From Chloroflexota bacterium (GTDB lineage: Bacteria > Chloroflexota > Dehalococcoidia > Lucifugimonadales > UBA3495), in contig JAPPCX010000003.1 of assembly GCA_028875655.1 (NCBI GenBank), forward strand, positions 522 to 64,521: DNA of 64,000 nt, given 5' to 3'. Below the pieces are notes generated by a model, which did no database searches, was not told the origin of the DNA, and saw nothing but the letters and a program-made list of their open reading frames with translations. Shown here one piece after another: positions 25,503 to 35,186 of the stretch. The translations under genes were made by a program, and so were the position numbers. Position 1 is the stretch's first letter. Each line of letters begins with the position of its first letter.

Positions 25503-26711
25503 CTACGTCAACTCAATCGTAACCGCCGGCAGGCCGCACTCCAGCTTGCCGATGGTTTCCAGGCACCGGTCGTTGGCCGGCGGCATCACCGGACCGGACA
25601 GGGCGTCGCGCCGTAGCCGTTCCAACGGCGACGACTTCAGTAGTCCCCCGCCACCGGCCAATCTCATAGCCGCATCGGTTACTGACACGCCCACCTCGGC
25701 GCAATACTGTTTGGCCCGGTTCACCGCCAGGACCGCGCCCGTCGGGTCTGTGTTCCGGTCGGTCAGCGCGGCGTCCACCACCAGCAGCCGGCCCGACTGT
25801 ATCGCAACCGACATCTCACCGATGGCCCGTTGTGTGCTGGGGTGGTTGATGATTGCCCCGCCCTCGGGCGTCCAGGATTTCTCGCTGACGTAATCGGTGA
25901 TGTAGCCGTAGGCCGCCTCTGCGATGCCCAGGTACACCGCCGCGTATCCTAACGAAAAGCTGCCCCAGTCGGCGCTCAGGATCCGACCCGGCGGCCCAAA
26001 GATGGCGTGAACCGGCGCCACGGTGTTGTAGGAAACCGTGTGGCTCGACGTCGCGCGCATACCCACCGCGTCCCATTGTTCCGTCACCGCAACGCCGCTC
26101 ATGTCGCTGCGGATCATGGCCGAAACTATATTGTCCGAACCGCCGCCGCTGCCCGCGATGATGCCGGTGACGAAAAAGTAGTCTGCCGCGTCCGCCAACG
26201 AGCAGAAGTGCTTCGTGCCGGTCACGCGGTACCCGCCGCCGGCCTCAGGTGTGAATATGGTTGACAGCACGAACCGTTCTCGCGCCGACGCTCCGGGTTC
26301 GCTGGTGATCGACGCGAAAAGCTGCCCGTCGTCCACCGCCTCACGGAAGTACCAGTTCCGTTGCTCCGGCGTGCCCAGACCGCCGACGAACGATCCCAGG
26401 ACGTTGGTGTGCATGGCCAGCGTCAGCGCGGTGGATGGGCAGCCCCGCGCCACCGCCAGGATGCACATGGCGTAGGTGAGCGGATCCACCTCCGGCCCGC
26501 CGTACTCAGCCGGAACGCGCAGCGTCAGCAACCCGGCATCCCGCAGGTCGGCGTAGTTTTCTTTAGGAAACTCCGCCGCCGCATCGTAGCCCGCCGCCCG
26601 ACCGGCAAACCGCTCGTTAGCCAGTTGGTCCGCCAACTCGATCAGCGCGATGGACTCGTCGCTCATCATCCGCGCCGCTGCCGACGGTATTGGTTCCAGG
26701 CGGATAATCAT
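25503..26711 (-). CDS. Acyl-CoA dehydrogenase family protein
   Basis: VPAEYGG, TSEP, GTKHFCS, GMRATSS and LERLRRDA motifs. Confidence 0.9.
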   Translation of the reverse strand: MIIRLEPIPSAAARMMSDESIALIELADQLANERFAGRAAGYDAAAEFPKENYADLRDAGLLTLRVPAEYGGPEVDPLTYAMCILAVARGCPSTALTLAMHTNVLGSFVGGLGTPEQRNWYFREAVDDGQLFASITSEPGASARERFVLSTIFTPEAGGGYRVTGTKHFCSLADAADYFFVTGIIAGSGGGSDNIVSAMIRSDMSGVAVTEQWDAVGMRATSSHTVSYNTVAPVHAIFGPPGRILSADWGSFSLGYAAVYLGIAEAAYGYITDYVSEKSWTPEGGAIINHPSTQRAIGEMSVAIQSGRLLVVDAALTDRNTDPTGAVLAVNRAKQYCAEVGVSVTDAAMRLAGGGGLLKSSPLERLRRDALSGPVMPPANDRCLETIGKLECGLPAVTIELT

Positions 26712-26760
26712 GCTCGAATATCCTGAGCGGCGAGGTACATGGCTATCTTGCCGCCGCCAG

Positions 26761-28209
26761 TTACGCGAACTGGTATTCCCGCGTTGACCCGATCATGCGC
26801 AGCGCGTTCAGGATCACCGATTCCAAATCCGCCCCGTTTTCCAGCAGTTCCGCCGCTTGCGCCACCAGCGCCGTCCGGTTGTCTTCCCGCAGCGCGACGC
26901 AACCCAGCAACTCAAGGCACCCGTCCACGATGCTGGCGGCGTCCAAGCCTGACTCCTGTTCCAGCAGCGCGCCCACGATGTTCCGCACTCCCCGGTGCGA
27001 GGGATTGCCCAACTCGTCTGCCACAAAGTTGATGCGCTCCACCATGCTGCCGCTGTCGATCCACTCCTTGCCGGTGTGCCAGCCCTCCACCGACGGCGGA
27101 TTCAGCAGGTCCTGGTTCATGTACCGGCACTCCAACGCGGTGTCCATGACGCCCGTTCTGGGGAATTTCAGATCGCCCACCAGGTGCAGCGTGCCCACAA
27201 CTACCTCGGCCGGGCTTTTCACGCGAGCGAACCGCGCGGCCTCCGACTTGAAGAAATCCGACGTGAATAACACCTTCAACATCGAGCGGATGTCGTAGCC
27301 CGACCGGAAATACTCGGCTTCCAGCAGGGCGATGGCATCCGGATCGGCCGGCGGCGTGTTCTGCCAGGCCGGAACCTGCACGTCGTCGGCTACGAAGAAG
27401 TTGTACATGTGGCGGCTGATGAACCGCGCCGTGGACGGCTGCCGGCAGATGATCTCAATGATGTCGTCGCCGTTGAAGTTGCCCGTTTCGCCCTGGAAAG
27501 TCTTGATGCCGTCGTCATGGTCGTCGGGGTCGTAGCGGAAGAGCCACGGCGTCTTGCCGAAGGGGATGCTGGCCACGTTGTCGTCGTCGATGGTCCAGCC
27601 GGTGAAGGCCCGCGCCGCCTCCTGCACATCGTCCTCGGTGTAGTTTTCCTTGCCGTCCATACCCACGCCCATGGAGAACAGTTCCAACAGCTCCCGGCCC
27701 CAGTTCTCGTTGATGGCGTCCTTGTGGTTAAAGTTGTTGTCCAGCCAGAAAATCATCGCCGGGTCGCGAGCCAGCCGCTCCAGCAGCATGCGGAAACTGC
27801 CCAGGCCGTATTCCCGGAACATGTCAATCTGGTTCAGCATGGTCTTCTCGTGCAGCACCTTTGCCAGCCCGGTGGCAAAGACGCCGTGCCAGAACAGCGC
27901 AACCTTCTCCTGCAAAGGCCGCGTCGCGGCGCTGCCGTTCATCCGGTACACCGTCTCGGTCAGCGCGCCCTCGATGTTGCGGCTCTCCTTCCAGTCGATG
28001 TAGTACCGCTCGATGATGTCTTCGTCCAGGCCCGGCTGGGCCTCGGGATGCAGCAGCCATTCCACCGTGGCGTCGTAACCCCACCCGCAGTACTTGTCCA
28101 GTTCGGCAGGCGTCGCGCCGAAACCCGCTCGCCGCACGAGGTGTGCGATCAGGGCTCGGTGGGAACTCTGGATGTCATTCGTATCGGCGTTAGCGCTGAC
28201 CATAGTCAT
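26761..28209 (-). CDS. DUF1800 family protein
   Basis: HLVRRAGFG, LQEKVALFWH, NENWGRELLELFSMG and PPSVEGW motifs. Confidence 0.9.
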   Translation of the reverse strand: MTMVSANADTNDIQSSHRALIAHLVRRAGFGATPAELDKYCGWGYDATVEWLLHPEAQPGLDEDIIERYYIDWKESRNIEGALTETVYRMNGSAATRPLQEKVALFWHGVFATGLAKVLHEKTMLNQIDMFREYGLGSFRMLLERLARDPAMIFWLDNNFNHKDAINENWGRELLELFSMGVGMDGKENYTEDDVQEAARAFTGWTIDDDNVASIPFGKTPWLFRYDPDDHDDGIKTFQGETGNFNGDDIIEIICRQPSTARFISRHMYNFFVADDVQVPAWQNTPPADPDAIALLEAEYFRSGYDIRSMLKVLFTSDFFKSEAARFARVKSPAEVVVGTLHLVGDLKFPRTGVMDTALECRYMNQDLLNPPSVEGWHTGKEWIDSGSMVERINFVADELGNPSHRGVRNIVGALLEQESGLDAASIVDGCLELLGCVALREDNRTALVAQAAELLENGADLESVILNALRMIGSTREYQFA

Positions 28210-28431
28210 CAGAACAACCTCAGCGTCCGTTTGTGTCGTGGGATGAGTTTGCGAAATCATACCACAGGCGCCGGCGTGTCTCATTATCGGCATTGACAAC
28301 CTTCGGCCGTCGGCGCACTATGTTGCGGCCCGGCTCCTCGCGAAAAATGAGGTTCGGGGGCATCATCCAAGCCGCCAACCCGGTTCGAGGGTATCTTCAT
28401 TTTCGGCATCAGACTCCCCCGCCCACGCACC

Positions 28432-29655
28432 ATGGACTCGTGGGTGGCGTACCGGGACTTCCGCTTCCTCTGGTTTGCCAACTTCTGCGCTTTCACCGGC
28501 CAGTGGCTCCAGCTGTTGAGCATCGGATGGTTGGTCAAGGAGTTGTCCGCCGGTTCGGGTGTGGGCGGTCTCCTCGTGCTGTCGGCCAGCGCGCTCAACA
28601 CCTTGCCCGGCCTGGCGGTCAACCCGCTCACCGGCGTCCTGGGCGATCGGCTGGACCGGCGCAAACTCGCCATCGTCGTGCAGTCCATCGCGGCGGCGCT
28701 GGCCCTGGGTTTCGCCTTCCTGGTCGATTCCAACTACATCCGGCCGTGGCATGCCTACGCCTACGTCCTGACCTCCGGCTGCTGCCTGGCCATCACCCAG
28801 CCGATCCAGCAGGTGATGATCTCCAACACGGTGCCCCGGGGCGCGCTCACCAACGCCTACGCCATCAACACCCTTACCGTCACCGGCACCCGCGTCTTCG
28901 GCCCTTTTGTTGGCGGCATCCTCATCGCCAGCATCGGGTTTTTCTGGAATTTCGCCATGGAGGCCGCGTTGTACCTGGGCGTGGTGCTGATGCTGGTCCC
29001 CATGCGCACCCCCTACACATCGAATGAGCCGGCCGGTCCGAGCCGGCGTATCACCCCCATCGCCGACATACGCGACGGCCTGCTGCATCTGTGGCGTCAG
29101 CAGCGCGAGGTGCTGGAAATCGCGCTGATTTCAGTCATCCCGAACACCATTCTCCACCCGCTGTGGTTCCTGCTGCCCCTGTTTACGGTGGAGGTGCTCC
29201 AAGCCCACGCCGACATGGGCGGCTATCTGCTGGCCGTCACCGGCGTCGGCGGGTTGATCTCCACCCTCTGCATCGCCACCTGGGGATTCCCATTTCGTCG
29301 CGGCCCTATTCTCGTGGCGACCTGTATCCTCGGATCCCTCAGCACCATGCTGTTTTCGCAGTGCTCGTGGCTCTGGGCGGCATTCATAGTGCTGGCCGTC
29401 ATGTCATTCTTCCAAGCGTACTTCCGCACCACCGCCGGCACCCTGGTGCTCACCATCGTCCCCGACCAGTATCGCGCGCGCACCATGGCCCTGCTCGCCT
29501 ACGAGCGTTCCTCCCTGATCGGCGTCAGCATCCTCGTGGGCATCCTCGCCGACTTCACTTCCGCGTCCATCGCCATACTCGCCATCGGAGCCCTGGGCCT
29601 GAGCCTCTCCCTCGCGTGTCTGGCCACCCTGCGCCGCGTCCGCGCCCTGCAGTAA
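28432..29655 (+). CDS. MFS transporter
   Basis: About 12 TM helices; GVLGDRLDRR motif A. Confidence 0.9.
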   Translation: MDSWVAYRDFRFLWFANFCAFTGQWLQLLSIGWLVKELSAGSGVGGLLVLSASALNTLPGLAVNPLTGVLGDRLDRRKLAIVVQSIAAALALGFAFLVDSNYIRPWHAYAYVLTSGCCLAITQPIQQVMISNTVPRGALTNAYAINTLTVTGTRVFGPFVGGILIASIGFFWNFAMEAALYLGVVLMLVPMRTPYTSNEPAGPSRRITPIADIRDGLLHLWRQQREVLEIALISVIPNTILHPLWFLLPLFTVEVLQAHADMGGYLLAVTGVGGLISTLCIATWGFPFRRGPILVATCILGSLSTMLFSQCSWLWAAFIVLAVMSFFQAYFRTTAGTLVLTIVPDQYRARTMALLAYERSSLIGVSILVGILADFTSASIAILAIGALGLSLSLACLATLRRVRALQ

Positions 29656-29666
29656 GAGGAACCGCT

Positions 29667-30908
29667 TTGCGCCTGCCCCGACTGCACACCCTGGACGCCT
29701 GGCTGGGCTACCGCAACTACCGCCTGCTGTGGTGCGGCAACTTCTTCGCCAACAGTGCCCAGTGGTTGCAGTTGCTCAGCGTGGGCTGGCTGGTGCGCGA
29801 GCTTTCCGAGGGTTCAGCCGTCGCCGGCCTGCTGGTCGTAACGGTCGGCGGCATCAACACCCTGCCCGGCCTGATCGTCGGCCCCTGGGGCGGTGTCCTC
29901 AGCGACCGTTTCGACCGCCGCCGGCTGGTGATTACCTTCCAGTTAATCATGTGCGCCCTGGCGTTCAGCTTCGCGCTGCTGGTGCTGTCAGACCGGGTTA
30001 CCATCTGGCACGCTTACCTCTACGTGATCCTGGCCGGGGTTTGCCATTCCATCGCGCAGCCCATGCGCCAGGCCCTGGTCGCCGCCACCGTGCCTCGGGA
30101 CATGCTGGGCAACGCCCTGGCCGCCAACGTCCTCACCATCACCGGCACCCGCATCTTCGGTCCCTTCATCGGCGGCATCCTGATTTTCACCCTGGGGTTT
30201 TTCTGGAATTTCACCATCGAGGCCTGCCTTTATCTAGCGAACGTGATGATGCTGTGGCCGATGCGCACTCCGTACTATCGGCCCGGCGACGCCCGCGCAC
30301 GCGGCTCCGCCATCGCCAACATGGTGGAGGGCATCCGTTACGTCTGGAGCGGAGAGCGGGCCATATTCCAGATGATTCTCCTGTCGATCATCCCCAACAT
30401 CATCCTCCATCCCACGTGGTTCCTGTTCCCCGTTTTCACCACCGACGTGCTCATGCGCGAGGCCGACGTGGGCGGCTATCTGCTGGCCGTAACCGGCGTC
30501 GGCGGATTTCTGGCCGCCCTGTTCATGGCGTCCTTCGGGTTCGTTTTCGACAAGGGCAAGGTGGTGCTGGGGGCCGCCGTCGCCAGTTCCATAACCTGTG
30601 TGCTGTTTGCCTATTCGCACTGGATGGCGGTGGCCTTCATCGTCATCGCGGCCATGGCGTTCAGCCAGGCGGTATTCCGCACCACGCGCGGCACGCTGAT
30701 CCAGACCCTGGCGCCGGACCGGCTGCGCGGCCGCCTGACCAGCCTGCAAAGCTTCGACCGGGGATTCCTGGTGGTCGCCAGCCTGGGGGTGGGCGCCCTG
30801 TCCGACGCCACGTCGCCGGTGACGGCCATCGCCATCGTCGGCGCGCTGGGGCTGGTCCTCTCCATAATCTGCACCGCCACCCTGGGCCGCGTGCGACGGC
30901 TGCCTTAG
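29667..30908 (+). CDS. MFS transporter (tandem paralogue)
   Basis: TTG start after a GAGGA SD; GVLSDRFDRR; colinear with the preceding MFS. Confidence 0.88.
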   Translation: MRLPRLHTLDAWLGYRNYRLLWCGNFFANSAQWLQLLSVGWLVRELSEGSAVAGLLVVTVGGINTLPGLIVGPWGGVLSDRFDRRRLVITFQLIMCALAFSFALLVLSDRVTIWHAYLYVILAGVCHSIAQPMRQALVAATVPRDMLGNALAANVLTITGTRIFGPFIGGILIFTLGFFWNFTIEACLYLANVMMLWPMRTPYYRPGDARARGSAIANMVEGIRYVWSGERAIFQMILLSIIPNIILHPTWFLFPVFTTDVLMREADVGGYLLAVTGVGGFLAALFMASFGFVFDKGKVVLGAAVASSITCVLFAYSHWMAVAFIVIAAMAFSQAVFRTTRGTLIQTLAPDRLRGRLTSLQSFDRGFLVVASLGVGALSDATSPVTAIAIVGALGLVLSIICTATLGRVRRLP

Positions 30909-30990
30909 AGGGCGTCCAAAACGCCGGGCGCGTGGTTCGCTGGCAGCGGGGTTGGTAAACTGCACTGCCACGACCGGAAAGAGGTGAACC

Positions 30991-32166
30991 ATGACCAGAT
31001 CTCCCGCCACCCGCATCCAGCGAGTACAACCCCCGGCGACCCTGGCCGCCGGCGAAAAAGCCCGACAGCTGGCCCGGCAGGGTCACGACGTAATTGACCT
31101 GGGTCAGTCGAGTCCGCACCACGTGACCCCCCGGCACATCATCGACGCTGGGGTTGCGGCCCTCAACGCCGGCCATACCAACATCAGCTCGTCCCGCGGC
31201 CTGCCCGAGCTGCGCCACGCCATGGCCGCCAAGCTGGCCGCCCACAACGCCCGCGCCATTGATCCCGACGGTGATATCCTGGTAACTCCCGGCAGCAAGA
31301 TGGGCCTGTACGAGGCCATCAACGCCTACGTCGAGGCCGGCGACGAAGCGCTGGTGCTCGAGCCCACCTGGGTCAGCTTCGCCCAGCAGGTGGAGATGGC
31401 CGAGGGCGTGCCCGTAGCCGTGCCTCTCAGCGAGGAAGAGGAGTACCACATCAGCTACGAGCAGTTGAGGGAGTACGTCACCCCGCGCACCAAGCTGATC
31501 GTCATCAACAACCCCAACAATCCCACCGGCCGGGTGTACACCGAGGAGGAACTGGCGGCCGTGGCGCGTCTGGCCCGGGAGCGCGACCTGCTGGTGCTCT
31601 GCGACGAGACCTACGAGTACTTCCTCTACGACTCCAACCGGCACGTCACCATCGCGAACCTGGAGGGCATGGCGGAACGCACCCTCACCAGTTACACCTT
31701 CACCAAGGCTTATTCGATGTCCGGCTGGCGGTTGGGCTGTATCGTGGGTCAGTCGAACCTGCTGGAACCGCTGCTGAAAATCCAGGAGCAAACGGCCAGT
31801 TTCGTTTCTCCCTTTGTACAGATGGCCGGGGTGGCCGCCCTCGAAGGCCCCCAGGATCACCTGACCAGGTGGCGCGAGGACTGCGACGAACTGCGCGCGC
31901 GCTGCGCCGACCGGCTGTCCCAGTTTCCCGGCGTACACTGTCCGCGGCCCGAGGGGGCTACTTTCCTGTTCCCCCGCTACGCGGTGGACGTGTCGTCCAC
32001 GGCGATGGCCGAGCTGTTGGTGGAGCGGGAAGGAGTGGTGGTAACCCCCGGCATCGGATTTGGCGAAAGCGGAGAGAGCCACTTCCGCATTGCCTTGATG
32101 CGGTCTCCCGCCGACCGGGTTCTGGAAGGAGTGGAACGCATCGCGCGAGTCCTGGAAACGCTCTAG
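30991..32166 (+). CDS. Class I/II PLP-dependent aminotransferase
   Basis: NNPNNPTG, DETY and TKAYSMSGWRLG motifs. Confidence 0.92.
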   Translation: MTRSPATRIQRVQPPATLAAGEKARQLARQGHDVIDLGQSSPHHVTPRHIIDAGVAALNAGHTNISSSRGLPELRHAMAAKLAAHNARAIDPDGDILVTPGSKMGLYEAINAYVEAGDEALVLEPTWVSFAQQVEMAEGVPVAVPLSEEEEYHISYEQLREYVTPRTKLIVINNPNNPTGRVYTEEELAAVARLARERDLLVLCDETYEYFLYDSNRHVTIANLEGMAERTLTSYTFTKAYSMSGWRLGCIVGQSNLLEPLLKIQEQTASFVSPFVQMAGVAALEGPQDHLTRWREDCDELRARCADRLSQFPGVHCPRPEGATFLFPRYAVDVSSTAMAELLVEREGVVVTPGIGFGESGESHFRIALMRSPADRVLEGVERIARVLETL

Positions 32167-32220
32167 CGTGAGTCAATCCGTAGGGTTCCTCCAAAGTTAC
32201 TTCATCATTCCCGAGTTACT

Positions 32221-32301
32221 CCGTCATTCCCGCGAAGGCGGGAATCCAGGAAGTCGTTGCGTTTGGACTGCTCCGGATTCCGGCTTTCGCCGGAATGACG
32301 G
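32221..32301. repeat. Composite dRS3/RPE-like element (two inverted units)
   Basis: CCGTCATTCCCGCGAAGGCGGGAATCCAG ... CCGGATTCCGGCTTTCGCCGGAATGACGG. Confidence 0.8.
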
Positions 32302-32370
32302 TTGGGGATGATATGATAGTAGGCCGCCGCTCTAATTGTCGCCGCTGTTGCATTTCCCGCCCACGCTGCT

Positions 32371-33879
32371 TTGATTCAACGCATCACATCCAGTCCCGCC
32401 TACAGATGGTGGAACTTCTGGACCATCGCCACCGGCACCTTCTTCTCCGTCGTTGACCACGGCAGCGTGCTCATTGCCCTGCCGGGGATCGAGTCGCACT
32501 TCGACGCCACGCTGGAATCCGTCCAATGGGTCGTGGTTGCCTACGCTCTGGTTATCAGCGTCCTGCTGCTGCCCATGGGCCGCCTGGGCGACGTCGTCGG
32601 TCGGCGGCGGGTGTATATCACGGGCACCGCCATCTTCGTGATTGCCTCGCTGGGAGCGACTTTCGCCCCGTCCCTGGAAATCCTGGTTGCCATGCGCGTC
32701 TGCAAGGGCATCGGCGCCGGAATGGTGCAGGGCTGTGGCATGGGCATGATGCTCGCTGCCTTCTCCGACTCCGAGCGAGGCAAAGCCCTGGGGACGCATC
32801 TGAGCGTGGTGGGAATGGGCGCCATCGCCGGGCCGGCAATCGGCGGATTCCTGGTCGCCTACCTGGGCTGGCAATCAGTGTTCTTTGTGAACGTGCCCGC
32901 CGGGTGCATCGTGCTGGCGCTGTCCTGGTTCCTGCTGGAACGCGGTCCCGTCGTCGGGCAGGGCCGCCCGCGCAGCTCGACCTTTGATTGGGCCGGCGCG
33001 GGGGTGTCCGGCGTCATCCTTCTGGTCCTGTTGTTGGTGGTGGGCAACGGCAACAGCCTGGGCTGGCAGTCTGCCCCGGTCATCGTCGGCGGGACTGCCG
33101 TGGCCATCGGCATGGCGTTCTTCGTCTGGTGGGAGTTGAAAACGGCATCGCCAATGCTGGACCTGCGTCTGTTCGCCAATCGCGTCTTCGGTATCGGCGC
33201 GGCGGCGGCGTGGCTCTCGTTCTTTGGCACCTCGGCCGCCCGGTTCCTGATGCCCTTTTACCTACAGCGCGTGCTGGGCTATTCGCCGGAGCAGGTGGGG
33301 CTGATGATGATTCCGGCGGCGCTGTGCATGGTGATTCTGGGGCCGCCCAGCGGTCGCCTTTCCGACCGTTTCGGCTGGCAGGCGCTCACCGTGATTGGCC
33401 TTGCCATGAGCGCGGCCGGCGCGCTGGTGCTGGCGTTCGCCCTCCAGGAACGGTCGGCGGTGTGGTTCGTCATCGCCACTATGATGATGCAGAGCGCCGG
33501 GAACGCCGTGTTCAACTCCCCCAACAGCAGCAGCATCATCAGCGTGGTGGACCGGAGCCGCTACGGGGTGGTGTCGGCCCTGACGCAACTGATCCGCAAT
33601 TCCGCCAATGTGGTCAGCGTGGCGGTGTCCACCACCATCGTCGTATCTACCATGGCGACCTACGGCGTGGAGCCCAAGCTGGAAGCCGTCAACCCCAGCG
33701 TCGCAACGGCTTTCGTCGCCGGATTGCGCTGGGCCTACCTGGCCATGGGCTGCGCGGTGGGAACCGGTGTGGTCATATCGCTATACCGCGCTGTTACCTC
33801 TCGCCGCCCGACGCAGCCGTCCGCGCCGGTATCACAGGCTGAGCCGTCGCCCTCGGCCAGTGGCAACGGCGACGGCTGA
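32371..33879 (+). CDS. DHA2-type (14-TM) MFS efflux transporter
   Basis: GRLGDVVGRR, ERGKALG, GPAIGG, WQSVFFVNVP and PMLDLRLF motifs. Confidence 0.88.
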   Translation: MIQRITSSPAYRWWNFWTIATGTFFSVVDHGSVLIALPGIESHFDATLESVQWVVVAYALVISVLLLPMGRLGDVVGRRRVYITGTAIFVIASLGATFAPSLEILVAMRVCKGIGAGMVQGCGMGMMLAAFSDSERGKALGTHLSVVGMGAIAGPAIGGFLVAYLGWQSVFFVNVPAGCIVLALSWFLLERGPVVGQGRPRSSTFDWAGAGVSGVILLVLLLVVGNGNSLGWQSAPVIVGGTAVAIGMAFFVWWELKTASPMLDLRLFANRVFGIGAAAAWLSFFGTSAARFLMPFYLQRVLGYSPEQVGLMMIPAALCMVILGPPSGRLSDRFGWQALTVIGLAMSAAGALVLAFALQERSAVWFVIATMMMQSAGNAVFNSPNSSSIISVVDRSRYGVVSALTQLIRNSANVVSVAVSTTIVVSTMATYGVEPKLEAVNPSVATAFVAGLRWAYLAMGCAVGTGVVISLYRAVTSRRPTQPSAPVSQAEPSPSASGNGDG

Positions 33880-33888
33880 CCATACCCG

Positions 33889-34929
33889 TCACGCGAAACG
33901 CGGCATCACTTCCTTCGCAAACAGTTCCATGGACTTCAACTGCTTGCCTTGGTCCAGGCCGCCGAAGGCGAAGTTGCAGCCGAAGTAGCGCACCCCCGCG
34001 TCGTGCAGGGCCTGTATCTTGGCCGCGCACTGGTCCGGCGAGCCAATGAACGCCCGGTTTTCCGCCAGGTATTCGTAGCTGGGCGGGAACTCGGTGCGCC
34101 GGTTCAGGTATTCCGCCATCGGCTGGTACACCTCGCTGCCCACCGAGAACTCGCGCCGCCAGGTGTTCAGGTCCAGCGTCCAGTTCAGCGCCTCCCGCGC
34201 GTCCCGGTGCGCCTGCTCCTCGGTTTCCGCGACGTAGAAATAGCGGAAAAAGGGCACGTCGGCCGGCCCGACCGCATGCCCGGCTTGCTTTGACTGCTGC
34301 AAGAATCGCTGCATCAAATCCACCGCGTCGTCCGTGTTCAGCACCACGCCCACAATCAGCCGGCGCCCTGTTGACGCCACGAAATCCAGCGACTCTGCGC
34401 TCCGCGTCGCCGCCACGTAAACCGGCGGGTGCGGGTTCTGCAACGGCGTCGGCACCAGGTTGACGTGCTTCACCGTATGGTATTCGCCGTCAAAGGTGTA
34501 GTCGCGGTTGGTCCATAGCGCCTCTACCATCTCGATGGTTTCCCGGTAGCGCGCCTGACTCTCGGCGTGGTCGATGCCGAAGTTGGCGTACTCCGACGAC
34601 GACGCGCCCCGGCCGAATCCCACGTCCAGCCGGCCGTCGCTCAGCACGTCCAGCGTCGCCGTGTCCTCCGCCAGCCGCACCGGGTGATGCAGCGGCGGTA
34701 TGAGCACCGCCGTCCCCAGCCGGATTCGCTCCGTCCTGGCGGCGATGTTGCTGGCGATGATGAGTGAAGACGCCCCCAGCCCGTACCGGGTGAAATGGTG
34801 CTCGGCCAGCCAGACCGCCTTGAATCCGAGCTCCTCGCCCGCCGTCGCCTGCTCGGTCAAATCCGAGTACAGGCCCTTGGGCGTATATTCCTCAGGCCAC
34901 GGTATGTGGGAAAACAGGGCAAAATCCAT
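33889..34929 (-). CDS. LLM-class flavin-dependent oxidoreductase
   Basis: WLAEHHF, RIRLGTAV and HPVRLAEDTATLDVLSDGRLDVGFGRG motifs. Confidence 0.92.
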   Translation of the reverse strand: MDFALFSHIPWPEEYTPKGLYSDLTEQATAGEELGFKAVWLAEHHFTRYGLGASSLIIASNIAARTERIRLGTAVLIPPLHHPVRLAEDTATLDVLSDGRLDVGFGRGASSSEYANFGIDHAESQARYRETIEMVEALWTNRDYTFDGEYHTVKHVNLVPTPLQNPHPPVYVAATRSAESLDFVASTGRRLIVGVVLNTDDAVDLMQRFLQQSKQAGHAVGPADVPFFRYFYVAETEEQAHRDAREALNWTLDLNTWRREFSVGSEVYQPMAEYLNRRTEFPPSYEYLAENRAFIGSPDQCAAKIQALHDAGVRYFGCNFAFGGLDQGKQLKSMELFAKEVMPRFA

Positions 34930-35186
34930 TCTGCGCTCCTCGAATTTGGTGCCGGAGCAGTGTACACACTGCCGGGCTTGAATTTCAAACCCCGACGCGC
35001 CAGTGTATTGCTTCCCCATCTTCACAACCGCTTAACATCGTTGCCCTAATCTCCACCGCGGCCCTTGACGTTAAATTCGGGGCAATCCGTCCATCTGGTA
35101 TCATTTAGTCCCGATACATTCGAGGCGCCGGTACGTTCCCCAACTTCCATTGCGGCGCGCTTCGTAACTAAACCACAGGAGCAACT

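Noticed and set aside
32200-32301. Possible CRISPR array or IS ends
   Set aside because: Only two inverted units plus a partial one, with no regular repeat-spacer periodicity and no cas or transposase gene.
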